A DNA stretch of 64,000 nt from positions 434,001 through 498,000 of the forward strand of contig NW_005202427.1 of the NCBI RefSeq assembly GCF_000372725.1, written 5' to 3'. Position numbers and translations under genes: made by a program. The DNA comes from Emiliania huxleyi CCMP1516. Taxonomy: Eukaryota. The notes beneath the pieces are model-generated. The model had not been told where the DNA came from. It searched no databases and saw only the letters and a program-made list of their open reading frames with translations. This document shows positions 23,592 to 35,502 of the stretch, one piece after another (the stretch's first letter is position 1; every line of letters begins with the position of its first letter).

Positions 23592-26500
23592 ATGACCTCG
23601 CGGACTCGACAGCAGGACATAGCCCCGAGCGTCTCCGAGGCCCTGCGCCTCATGAAGCAGGCAGTGCAGTCGTCGCTGGACCTCGGAGACATTAACCCGC
23701 AATCGGCAAAGCGGAAGCACGTGTCTCCGCGCCACTTGCCACGCACGACAGCGCACAGCCTCAACCCTTGTATAGGTTTGCAAGGCGGTTGGGATGACCA
23801 AGCCGCAGCTATCTTCGTGGCTCACGACGACGTGTGCGGTCCCAACGTCCAACTTCCCACTTACCTCGCCCCGCTGACGCTGAAACGGTCCCGTCGTCAC
23901 GCGGTCGCAGGTCGCCGTCCCCCCACTGGGACGCAAAGGTTGCCGAGTGGCTCAAGCAGGCCCAGGCCCGCGCGCTGAGCGCAAACGGCGCGCTGCTCCC
24001 CTCACCCCATACCCTCCACCTCGCGCCGGTAACGTCGCCCTAACCGCCTCCGCCCCGGCCCGACGTAGCTCCGGCCCGCCCCTCCTGCCGGCACAGGCGC
24101 GCAGCACCGCGGCGCGTCTTCCAGCGTAAGCTCCAAGGGGTCGGGCAAGGCGGCCAAGGCCAGCCAACCGGCCAAGGCCAGCCCGAGCGGCGGCGCGAGC
24201 GCAAAGGCGGCGACGAGCAGAGAGAGCACGCCCGGCGGCAAGGGCGTGCAAGCCGGCGGCAAGGCGAGCACGGAGCAGAGCGTGAGGAGGCTGAAGCAGG
24301 ACTTGCTCGAGCTCGAGACGTACATCCCCTGGACCGCCGTCTCCTCCGCGTGGCAGTCCAAGCGCGCCGCGTGGGAGCGCAAGACGTGCGAGGCGGAGAG
24401 AGAGGGCGACGCGACACGTCCACGGCGCGTCTTCACGGCGGCGTCGCACCTCGCTCACGGTATAGGTGCGCGGCGGGGGACGCCGGGTGCGTGGTGCAGC
24501 AGCTGCTCGCGCTCGAGCGCTTCCTACTGCCGTGCGCCTTCGAGGCGCGCTGGAGCGCGGGCAATGAGTGGCGCGCGAGGCTGCTCCGCCAGAACAGCGC
24601 GGCCGACGTGAAGCAGTCGCTGCGCGCGCCGGAGGACGCGATGGGAGCCTTCCAGGAGCCTTCCAGGAGCCTTCCAGGAACCCTCTAGGCGCGAGCTGGA
24701 GGACGCGATGCACTGGGCGCGCTTCGGCGCGCACAGCACGCTCGTGGAGCGGCGCCGCGGCGCTGCGTGTGCGGAGGGCGCAAAAGAAAAACACGTGGCC
24801 CCACGCTGTCCCCCGCCTGCCGTGTAGGTATGAGCAGCTGCTCACGTCGCGGGCGGGCGAGCAGCTCGAGCGGCTCGGGGCGAGGAGGCTGGCGCAGGTT
24901 CGGAGCACGATCGACTCGTTCGGGTGACGCGGCGGAGCCTCGCGCACCCGACACGTCCCTGGACGCGCCCACGAGACGCGTCCACGACACGTCCGTAGGT
25001 ACGCAGGCCTAGCCGACATGGCTCAGGATTGCATCGCCATCGCGGGCGGCGCCGAGGGCGCAGGCGCCGAGCTGCGCGAGCTGCGCGAGAGCATCTGCGC
25101 CGCGCTGGGCGTGCCGCTCACGGACGCGCTGCTGCGGCTGCCGGCCAAGTGCGCGCGCTCGACCCTTCTAGGAACCTTCTACGAACCTTCTACGAACCTT
25201 CTAGGCTGCCGGCCAAGGGCGCGCGTTCGACCGACGCCAGCGACGACCTCTCCAGCACCACCAGCGCGCTCGCCGCCGCGCCCGACGACGCCGACGGCGG
25301 CGGCGGCGGCGAGGCGGGAGGCGAGCTGGCCGCGGCCGCCGAGCCGGGCGGCGGCGGCGGCGGCGGGTTGTTCTCGGAGGAGGTGCGGCTCGCGGGCGCC
25401 AAGCGCGAGCGGGTGGTGTCCAAGGAGCAGCGCTTCGAGGAGTTCAAACGGCGACAGCGGCTCCACCCCGAGATCACGGGCGCGCGCACCGGCCGCTTCC
25501 CTCTTGGGGCGCCTCGGCACTTTCTCGGCACCCGTTCGGCACCTTCCTGCAGGCGTGTACGCCGACCGGTTCCTCGAGCGCGCGCCCGATATGCGCCACT
25601 TCCAGGAGCTGTCCCAACCCAGCGGGGGTGCGCCGGCCTTCTCGGAAGCGTCTTTGAGGCGTCCCGGAGGCGGGGCCTGTAGGAGCTGATCGTCTTTCGC
25701 GAGGCTGCGAGCGCGGACGGGGTGGCGGGGGTGCTGCTCCTCTCCCCCGGCACGACCCTCTTTCAGCTGCGCCGCCAGCTCGCCTCCGAGCTCGGCCTCG
25801 AGGGCCGCAACACCACCCTCTCACGCCTCGCGGGCTCCCCAAACCCCGTCGCCCCGAGCCACCCCCTCGGAGCCCGTCCCGTAGGCGGCGACGACCTCCC
25901 CATATCTCCCCATATCTCCCCATATCTCCCCATGTCCCGTAGGCGGCGACGACCTCGAGCTGCGCCGTGTCGTGTGGGAGGGGGAGCACGCGCCGGCCGC
26001 GGACGCGGCCGGGGGCATCCCACTGCCCGCCGCGCAGAACCACAAGCGCGACGCCCGCCTCCTCTCCCCCGGCATCGGACGCGTCCTCGACACGTCCCGT
26101 GCCGAGCCTGTCTGGTAGGCTGGCCTACCCCTTCTTCCCGCTCGCCAGCCAGGTCCTCGTCGTGCGCAGCCCGGCCGCGCCGGCCGCTCCGCTCCCCTTC
26201 CTCCCCGGCGACACCGCCCTCTGCGCCGACATCTCGCGCGGCCGCGAGGCGCAGCCAATTGCCCTCTTCAACAGCGCGGACGACGAGCCCGCGCCCGTCT
26301 TCACGTGCGTGACGCAGTGCTGTCTAGCTGTCTAGGAAGTGTCTACGAAGTGTCTACGAAGTGTCTAGGTACGTGACGCAGTGCGTGGTGAGCGAGTCGC
26401 TCCGGCTGTTGGTGGGCGGGCCACAGCTCGGCGCCTGGCTCTGCCCGAGGCTGAGGGGAGGCGGCGGCGGCGGCGGTTGCGGCGGCGGCGGCGGCGGCGG

Positions 26501-27353
26501 CGAGCCAAACTACGACCAGCACGGCCGGCTACGCTTCGCGCCGCACACCGTCGAGTCGATTTGGGAGTGCTGCCTCGAGAGCATGTGCCGTCCGGGCTGC
26601 GACAACCGGCTGGTGCAGTACGGGCCGCGCTTCCGGCTCGAGGCGTTCCGCTGTGTCGCTTGGCCCCGCGTGGAGGCCGCCTCTGCTCACTGTCTGCTGC
26701 GAGTCAGGTGTTCCGCTGCCCGCCCGTCGGCCGCATCTCCAAGGGGTGGGGCATCCGCAGCCCCGAGCTGATCCCGCGCGGCTCCTTCGTCTGCGAGTAC
26801 GTCGGCGAGTACATCTCCGACGACGAGGCGGAGAGCCGAGGCATCCGGTACGATAACCAAAAGATGAGTCGGCTGATGGACGTGTACGGAAACGGCAGGG
26901 ATGCGGTCCACATGTGCATCGACGCACGACATGGACGAGGTATGAACGGCGTCTCTTCACACCTGCTGCTGTGAACAGGTCCACATGTGCATCGACGCGA
27001 CCAAGTTCTCGAACGTCGGCGCGCGGCCCACCCCTCGCCTGGCTACGCCGCCCACGCCCGCCCGCGCTTCCCCTCGCCACCACCGCTGTCCCGACCGCCG
27101 GACAGCCACACTCGCAGCTCCCGGCCTCCCCCCTTGCCCAGGCCGCTTCCTCAACCACTCATGCGAGCCGAACGTCTTCAAGCAGCGCGTGTTTTGCGAC
27201 CACCACGTGCGGCTGCCCAGGATAGCCTTCTTCGCCCTCGTGGACATCCCGCCTCGCGTGGAGCTCTGCTACGACTACGGGTATGTGGACGTGCCGGGCA
27301 AGACCATGCCATGTCTCTGCGGCGCAAAGAGCTGCAAAAAGCTGCTGTATTGA
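23592..27353 (+). CDS. Pre-SET/SET/post-SET histone lysine methyltransferase (SUV39/G9a-like), many introns; 5' exons tentative
   Basis: DISRGREAQPI, WECC..CRPGCDNRLVQYG, KGWGIRS..IPRGSFVCEYVGEYI, NVGRFLNHSCEPN, ELCYDYG, CLCGAKSCKKLLY. Confidence 0.85.
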
Positions 27354-27883
27354 GCGCGAAGCGGTTTTCTCTATTACTATTTTGAGTGTACGTATTAAAC
27401 ACCATGTGAGACGCGTGATGTCTGATGATTGTACTCTTATGATACCTGAGATTTCCTCCCCACCGGCGCCACCGCCTCAGCCAATACTTTATATTAAAGC
27501 CGTATAGTGATTAGTGTGCTCTCTTGTCCAGCCCCTTGGAGTGTGAAAGGCTTCGTAGCCCTCCGGTCTACTATGAAGATCCGCAGGACTGGAGCGAAAA
27601 AAAAGCAAGCGAGTGACTCTTGTCACAGTTCCCGCTCTTTGAGAGTGAGTCAGAGGAGCTGCGGGTCAGGCTGACCGTCAGCTCTCTCGACAGCCCTGGA
27701 GCGCGCGCTGTGCCCACGCCTGGCCTGGCACCTGGGCTAGAGCGCGCACAGGCCGCACAGAAAAACACCGGCCCAGCGGCAAGCGAGAGCCGCGGCGCGC
27801 GGACCCCTCGGACTGACGGACTCGGCCCTCGGCTCGCCGTTTGGCCACTCGAGTGTGACATCCAGGCGCCAAGCCGCAGCGCC

Positions 27884-29143
27884 TCACAGGAACCAGAGCC
27901 CGTTCTCCTTCATCGCCGAGACGAGCTCGACGAAGTCCTGCTCGTCATAGCTGGAGAGGGGACGCGGGCCGGGAGGCGGGGGAGGTCAGACCGTCTCGCG
28001 AGGTGAGCTAGGCGGGCCGGGGGGGGGGGGGGGGGGAGACAGGGAGAGAGGGATGGAGGGAGCCGCGCCGGTCGAGCCGCAGGCGGTCTCTCTGCGCCGG
28101 CTTGGCGGCGCGTTCGATGGCCGCGCCGCTCCGCTTCTGCTGGCCGTACAGGAGGGGCGAGTCGAAGAAGGAGAGCGGCAGCAGGCCGACGCGGGTCCCG
28201 CCGGCAGGGCCGCCCGGCATCGTCACGACGGCGGTGCTCCCCGCCGCCGCGTCGTCGAGGCTGGGCCTGCTGTTGGAGAAGAGCTTCCCGAAGCCGTTGA
28301 GGATGCAGTGCGCCCCGTTCCACCAGCGCAGGTAGAAGTCAACCATCCCGAGCCGCACGCCCGCCACCTGGTGCGCCACGGCGCGGCTGCGCTGCTCGGC
28401 GCTGCCCGCGCCGCGCAGCCAGACGAGCGACCTGGCGGGAGGACGAGCCGCGTGTCGCGCTGACGGAGGCTACCCGTGCGGGGCGGGGCGGCGAGCCAGT
28501 TCGGGTTGCAGCCCGCCGGCGAGCGAGGCGTCGTCCTGCCGTCGCAGTTGCCGCGAGGGACGCTCACGTCGACCGAATGCGCAGCCTCGTGTAGCAGCGG
28601 TGCCGCGTCGCGCAGCAGCACGTGAGAGCAGTCCATCAGGAGCACGTCGACGCCGCTCGCCGCCACGGCGGCGGCGGCGAGGTGCCGCTCCGCCTCTGCT
28701 CGCTGAATGTGCCTCGCCAGCCGCGTGCGATTGAAGTCGGCCATGGCAAGCGAGCCGTCGACGCTGCGAACGCCTCGCGCTGTCAGGTGCGCGTGCGCCT
28801 CGGCGTCGAGAGCGTACACGAGAGCATTCTTTAGGCCGAGCCTCACGAATGCTCGCATCCAATTGCTCGCGATCTCGCGGAAGTCATAATCGGCGGCGCA
28901 CATGTACACTAGTCCTTTGGAAGCAGCATCTTTCGCCGCGGCCGCGAGCGGTGCGTACAGCGGCGAGGCGGGGTCCGGCTCGTGAGGGTTCAACTTGAGG
29001 GACCCGCCTCGGATATCGTATGGGTTTGAGCCGTGTGTGATGCCCTGGGCATTTCCCTCGCCCGGACGGCACGCTCGTCCGTCGCAAACCGTCTTGTGCG
29101 GAGACGTGGCGGCGAGGTGGCAGAGGGTGAAGAGGCTGAACAT
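27884..29143 (-). CDS. Nucleotide-diphospho-sugar transferase (GT77-like) with signal peptide, two introns
   Basis: YREI-like FREIASNW..FVRLGLKNALVYALD, GVDVLLMD, VGLLPLSFF, C-terminal MKENGLWFL*. Confidence 0.7.
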
Positions 29144-29662
29144 AGCAACGCAATGTCCGGCACAACGACAACGGAAAGGGGAGGGTGGTCGCGATGTGGC
29201 CGAGTTCCAGCGTCAGTCCGGCTCGCGGGGGGCGCTGAACGGCTTCCGTGTGCTCGATCACGAGGCTGTACCTCGGCGTGCGTCGGCAGGACAGAGTCGG
29301 CAGGACAGAGCGGCCGAGTTCCAGCGCGTCAGACCGGCTGGGCGCGCAATTTCTTTTGAGCTTAGCCTTCGATGTTATGAAAACACGCAAGGCGGACATG
29401 GCATATCGCTCTCGGGCTCACAGACATCCCTCACACCCGCCGCCCCCGCGCGCGCCCCACCCCGGCCGGGAGAAAGGGGAGTGACAGTTTGGGATGGCAA
29501 CAGCCCGAGTATGTTGAGTCCTGGCTCAACAACGCAGAGAACAAGAGGGGGTGGTCCGGCTCACAAGTCCGGCTCACGCGCCTCGAGCTGACCCTCTACC
29601 GCACTGATCACTTCCGCCCCCTCGCTCCCAACCCATCCACCCCGCCCCGGGCCGCGCCGCGC

Positions 29663-29781
29663 GATCTCGGGCGATCTCGCGCTATCTCGGGCGATCTCGG
29701 GGCCGCGCCGCGCTATCTCGGGCGATCTCGCGCTATCTCGGGCGATCTCGGGGCCGCGCCGCGCTATCTCGGGCGATCTCG
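29663..29781. repeat. gatctcgggc-type 10-bp satellite
   Basis: Repeated gcgatctcgg/gctatctcg units. Confidence 0.8.
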
Positions 29782-30978
29782 GAGCGTCGCTCGCGCGGCG
29801 TCACACCTGCTCAAAAAGGAAGGAGGTTGGAGGCAGGAGGTCACGCCCCATCCAGAGCGCCGTCGTCGCCGGGTTTTTGGCCCCCGGGTCGTCGCCCGAC
29901 GGTTGCTGCGCGGGGCAGCAGACCATCGGACGGCGCGACGACGCCCCGTCCGGCACGCTCCCCCTCCACCCGGCTATTGCCGCACGAGCGCCCTCAGCGG
30001 CGGAATTTTTCCCTCGCGCTTCCTTGGGCCCCCGGCAACGCCGACGGACTTCCCGTCCCCCCACCTGCGCCGCAATCACCGCCGTGATTGTCGGCGCTGC
30101 GCCCCTTGGCGCTTGTGCATGTCCCGCGTGCCCGCCCGCCAAGGCTGGTGCCAAGGCCAACTCAACTGCCAAGGCTGGTGCCAGGGCCAAATCAACTGCC
30201 TGGCTGGTGCCAAGGCTCAAAGGCTCTCCTCTCTCTCTCCTCCCCTNNNNNNNNNNNNNNNNNNNNNNNNNNNNNNNNNNNNNNNNNNNNNNNNNNNNNN
30301 NNNNNNNNNNNNNNNNNNNNNNNNNNNNNNNNNNNNNNNNNNNNNNCCCCTCTCCCCCAGCAGCTTCCTCGAGGCCGAACAGGTAGATCCTCCCTGATCG
30401 CTAAGCTACCACAGGGGAAGTAGACGTCGTCCGCCGCCGCCTCCGCCGCCCGCGTGCCTCCGCCCCGCTCAGCAAAAAATCAGCATTATATCAGGAGGTG
30501 CCAAAGCCGCAGCATCTCCATGAGGTGAGCGTCGTGCGTTTTGCCGCCGCGTGCCGCCGCTGCGCCGACTGGCTCCCGGTTCGAATCGCCCTTCGCGGAG
30601 CGAACGCGGCGAACGAGCGCACGTCGCGCGCGTGTGCGCCTGCGACAAGACGAGACGAGAAGAGAAGGAGAAGTAGACGGTTGTTGTTTTTGCTGCCGCG
30701 GCCGCGCCGCGAGCTCGCGTCTGTTTAACGATTCAACAAAGGGTGTGCGATCGCTCCCGCGTGCACTGCTCAGGCTCGTCGCCGGGGACGGCGGGGTTAG
30801 ACCCGCCTCCCAACGACGCGGTTCGGACCGCCGCGTCTCCCTCATGTGTGTGTGTGTGTGTGTGCGTGCGTGTGTGTTTCTTTTTTTCATTTTGAGAACC
30901 AATGATTTCACAATGAGAGCCGATGGAGTTTGACGCTGGAATGTGGAGAGAGATTCGGCGATTCTGCTACCACGCCGC

Positions 30979-31896
30979 ATGCGCGCTCTGACGACGCATT
31001 TCCTCCCCCCTCCCTCCCTCGCCAGCAACGGCACGCCAGCGAGACTCAGAGCCGGTGACAGCAGCGACGCACAACAACTGCAGAACGAGTTCTTTCCCAC
31101 GCTACACGTCCTTGGCGCCGCCAAGGCCGGCAGTACGTCACTGCACGAATCGCTTTACCAGAATGGTGCATGTGGCTGCCTCGACGATGATGTGGACATT
31201 TGTCACAACGGGAAGGAGCTCAGTATTTGGTACAGCGAGGCCCCTAGTGTCGCCCTGAGGAATCTTACGGCCGAAGGATACTCCAGCCTTTTTGGGCCGC
31301 GGGCCGCAGGGGTCGCCTGCCGGGCCTACGCGGATGGCACTCCAACACGCCTGCATACGTGGTATTCCGCGAATGAGCTGGGCCACCTGGCCGCTGCCGC
31401 GAAAGCCACCCAAAAGCTTCGTCTGATTGCCTTGCTCCGGGAGCCCGTTGCCCGCCACCTCAGCTGGTACAACCATCGCCTCACGACTCCGAGTCTCTCC
31501 AAATGGTCCTTCTGGACATCGCGTCAGGCCTCATGCCAGCCATGGTTTGGCGCGCTTCCTGGTGGCCATGCTCCGCCGCACCTCGCGCTGGTTCGGTGTG
31601 AGTATGAGCACTGGCAGTCGAAAGGCTGCCAGCGCAGCGTCGGCAATGCAACAGCCGAATGCTGGATCCGATCACAGCAAGCTTCATCTAGTCCGAGCTG
31701 GATTGCGGGGGGCATCTACCTTCCGCAGCTCCTGTTGTGGCAGCGCAGGTTCCCGCGCGGGCAACTCCTCGTCCTTCAGTTCGAGCAGACGATACGAGAG
31801 GGCGTGGCGCGGATTCTCCGGGTCAGTCTGGAGGTCATTCATTCTCCACAATCTCCTGCGACACTCTGTGCTCGCGAGTATCGATCGTCTGTGTGA
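30979..31896 (+). CDS. Sulfotransferase (heparan-sulfate 3-O/N-sulfotransferase-like fold); C-terminus may be spliced or truncated
   Basis: 5'-PSB-like VLGAAKAGSTSL; 3'-PB-like LIALLREPVARHLSWYNH; GIY..QL..W..RFPRGQLLVLQFE. Confidence 0.75.
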   Translation: MRALTTHFLPPPSLASNGTPARLRAGDSSDAQQLQNEFFPTLHVLGAAKAGSTSLHESLYQNGACGCLDDDVDICHNGKELSIWYSEAPSVALRNLTAEGYSSLFGPRAAGVACRAYADGTPTRLHTWYSANELGHLAAAAKATQKLRLIALLREPVARHLSWYNHRLTTPSLSKWSFWTSRQASCQPWFGALPGGHAPPHLALVRCEYEHWQSKGCQRSVGNATAECWIRSQQASSSPSWIAGGIYLPQLLLWQRRFPRGQLLVLQFEQTIREGVARILRVSLEVIHSPQSPATLCAREYRSSV

Positions 31897-32261
31897 GCTT
31901 TCCTATCAAGCCTCTCATGCTTCGTTGTCCATCGTCCGCTGCTGTACAACTCTGGCCGTCTCTTCCTTCGCAAGGGCCCCGCCCCCCAGAGCTGGGGGCG
32001 GGGCCCGCGCACAGGGGACCTCTAGTGGGATTTACGATTCGCGACAGGATCTGTCCAAACATGAGTAAAAGTCGTCCGCGAACGCCAAGCGCCTCTTGGT
32101 CCCTTCTGATGCCCTAGGCCACACCTGGGCCTTTACCCGGGGTCCTAGGGGCCGGGCAGGGTTTGCCCCCCGAAACACGAAGAACTGGCCAAGAACTGGC
32201 CCAGCGCGTCTGAACGTGTGGAGCCAGTCGTGCCGCCCGCGGCTCCTGAATTTTTTGAGCA

Positions 32262-34665
32262 ATGTCCACCCAGGAGGACGCCGTCCTCCAGGAGCTTATC
32301 CAGCGCGCCTTGGCCTACCCGGACGGCGGCATCTCCGCCGAGGCCGAGGCGGAAGCGGCTGCAGAGGCGGCCGAGCTGGCGGCCGAGGCGGAGGCGGAGG
32401 CGGTGCTCTCAGACTCGCGCCGCTGGCCGGCGGGCCTGAGGAGGCTGCTCGACGGCCCTCCTCCGGCAGGCGGTGATGCGGCCTACCCGTCTCACGCACC
32501 CGACTCGGCCACCGGCCTGCTCTGCGGCGTCGCGCCCATGCTGCTGCACCGCTCGGCCGGCGCAGAGGTCTGGCAGCGCGGCGATTTGTACGATGAGCAC
32601 GTCGAGCGGCCCGCCCGGATAGTGGCCGTCTACGACGCGCTGCTGCGCGAGGGCCTCGTCGGCCGCGCCAAGCTCATTCCCGCGCGGCCAGCGGCGCGCT
32701 CGGACCTCGAGCTCGTCCACTCGCGCTCTCATTCGAGGAGGGCGGTGCGGCGGTACGAGGGGGAGGAGGAGGCGCACGAGGCGCTGGGGCTGCAGCTGGG
32801 CGCCGACACCTACTTCGCGGCGGGCGAGTCGGGCCGCGCGGCGCTGCTGAGCTGCGGCTCCGTCGTCGAGCTCGCGACTCGCCGTCTCGTTCAGGAAGTG
32901 TCTAGGAAGTGTCTAGGAAGTGTCTAGGCTCGGTCGTCGAGCTCGCGACTCGCGTGGTGACGGGAGAGCTGTCCAACGCGCTGGCGGTGGTGCGGCCGCC
33001 GGGCCACCACTGCGAGGCACGGCAGGCGATGGGCTTCTGCCTCCTCAACAACATCGCCGTGGCGGCGGCGGTCGCGCGCGCGCGGCTCGGCGTGCAGCGC
33101 GTGCTGGTCGTTGACTGGGACGTCCACCACGGCAGTGCACTAGACACTTCCTAGACACCTCCTAGACACCTCCTAGACACTTCCTATTGACTGGGACGTC
33201 CACCACGGCAGTGCACTAGACACTTCCTAGACACCTCCTAGACACCTCCTAGACACCTCCTATTGACTGGGACGTCCACCACGGCAGTGCACTAGACACT
33301 TCCTAGACACCTCCTAGACACCTCCTAGACACCTCCTATTGACTGGGACGTCCACCACGGCAGTGCACTAGACACTTCCTAGACACCTCCTAGACACCTC
33401 CTAGACACCTCCTATTGACTGGGACGTCCACCACGGCAGTGTGTGGCGGCAGCGGGCGGCAGCGGCGAGTGGCTCCTCGCAGCTGGGTCGGAGGTGTGGC
33501 TGTAGGCAACGGCATCCAGCACATCTTTGAAGAGGACGGCTCGGTGCTGTACGCCTCGCTGCACCGGTACGGACACGGCTTTTACCCAGGCACCGGCGGC
33601 GCGCACGCCGTCGGCGAGGGCGCCGGCAGGGGCTTCAGCCTCAACATCCCGTGGAGCTCGGCCGGGTACGGCGACGCGGAGTACGCGGCCGCCTTCGAGC
33701 GGTTGCTGATGCCGGTGGCGCGCGAGTTCGCGCCGGATCTCGTCCTCGTCGCCGCCGGCTTCGACGCGGCGGCGCGCGACCCGCTCGGCGGCATGGAGGC
33801 GTCTGAAACCCCCCCCGCGCCTCTCGGCTGCCTCTCGTTCGTTGCGAGAGGTTGTGCGGCTTTGCCGAGCACCGCACTGCACTGCTCCCCCGCACTGCTC
33901 CCCCGCAGGTCTCCCCCGCCGGCTACGCGTACATGACGGCGCAGCTGCGCTCCCTCGCCGCCGGCCGGCTGGTGGTCGCTCTCGAGGGGGGGTCCGCCGG
34001 CCCATCCCCTGCCGCCTCCTCCACCCCTCCCTCCACCCCTCCACCCCTCCACCCCTCCACCCCTCCACCCCTCCACCCCTCCACCCCTCCACCCCTCCAC
34101 CCCTCCCCCCCTCCCTCCCTTCCACCCCTCCCTCCCTTCCACCCCACCCCCTTCCCTCCCTCCCTCCCTCCCTCCCTCCCTCCCTTCCACCCCACCCCCT
34201 TCCCTCCCTCCCTCCCTCCCTCCCTCCCTCCCTCCCTCCCTCCCTCCCTCCCTCCGGGCCCGTGCAACCGGTCACCACCGACGCAGGTACAACCTGCGCT
34301 CCATCTCCTCCTCCGCGGCGGCGGTGATGCGCGTGCTGCTCGGCGACGACCCTCCGCCGCTGCCTCCGGCGCCGCCGTGCCGCTCGGCGGCTCGAGACAT
34401 CCTCGAGGCGAGCCACGCGATGGCGCCCTTCTGGCGGAGCGTCGCGGCGGCTCTTGGCGGGCCGCAGGCGCAGCCGCGCTCCGCTGTCGCGCGGCCGCGG
34501 CTCTCGAGGGCCGCCTTGCGCGAGCTCTACGGGACACGCGCTTACCCTCGCCGCCGCCGTCGCTCGCGCTGGCCGTTCAAGTGGAGGGCGACGACGCCCT
34601 CTGCGTGGCGGGGGGCGGCACGTCGGCGGCCCGCCTGGCACCGCTTCATGTACGGCGATGAATGA
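32262..34665 (+). CDS. Class II histone deacetylase (HDA1/HDAC6-like); introns 32857-32927, 33132-33505, 33799-33908, 33992-34286
   Basis: HVERPARI, RPPGHHCE..AMGFCLLNNIAV, VDWDVHHG|NG, FAPDLVLVAAGFDAA.RDPLG, ALEGG|YNL after splicing. Confidence 0.92.
33111..33441. repeat. 76-bp tandem repeat (4 units plus a partial): exon end, splice donor and ctagacacytc satellite
   Basis: ttgactgggacgtccaccacggcagtg at 33111, 33187, 33263, 33339, 33415. Confidence 0.95.
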
Positions 34666-35502
34666 GGGGAGAGTTTGCGCCATCGGTGCCCTCGCGCGTG
34701 TGGGGGGGCGCCAGCTTGCGGCCTCTCAGACTCCAAACGCCCGCCTGCATCCTGGCACACGACACTCTCGAGGGCACGCACGACGCAGCGCGGGGCGCCT
34801 GGCGGCGCCCATTTTTTGAAATGTCTGCCACTCACCTAAGCGGCTCTCAGAAACACTCACGTGCGCGCTGCGCAAGTGGCAAGAGATTTTATTATAATAA
34901 AAAGTTAACCTATAACCAGCCGTATTTTCCCTTTTTGCGGCGAGTGAAAATCGCAAGAGATTATGTTGAGCAATCCATATCTGAACATCTCAGATCACTC
35001 GAGAGATCACTGTTCACTCGCCTCTCGCGCGAGAACCGAGATCCTCGAGGGGGCGAAGATATCACGAGATCAAGCACACACACGGGTAAATCACGGCTAC
35101 GTCGCTCAGAGGTAGAGGTAAAGGGCCCACGGCTGCCCAGAGGTAAAGGTGAGGGGGGGCGCAGGCCCTCAGAGGTAGAGGTAAAACCTAGACCGCTCCT
35201 ACCCGGCCCTCCGGGCCGACCGACCGACACTCGACGCATGAGACACATGTCACATCCCAGTGCAGCGAAGGGAGGAAGGGCAGAGAGATGAGCCGGCTCT
35301 TACTCTCTTTCAGATGGCTTTCCTCTTATTCTTTCCCTGTTTTGGGGTGGACGATCGCCAAAAATCATCTCCTCCTAGTTGACTAATAGAAGTTAATGAA
35401 GCCGGCTATTCGTGCTATTCGCCAAAACTCGTATGGGAGGTCTGTCGCCGACGGCAACGTCCCGCATCCTCCCCCACCACTGCAGCCAGGGTCTGAGTCC
35501 GC

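Noticed and set aside
29390..30246. Possible gene fragment before the gap (WQQPEYVESWLNN...)
   Set aside because: No consistent exon chain could be built; interrupted by satellite and the N gap.
33111..33441. CRISPR-like array (27-bp repeat plus ~49-bp spacer)
   Set aside because: Spacers are near-identical satellite, the repeat is HDAC exon sequence, there are no cas genes, and the context is eukaryotic.
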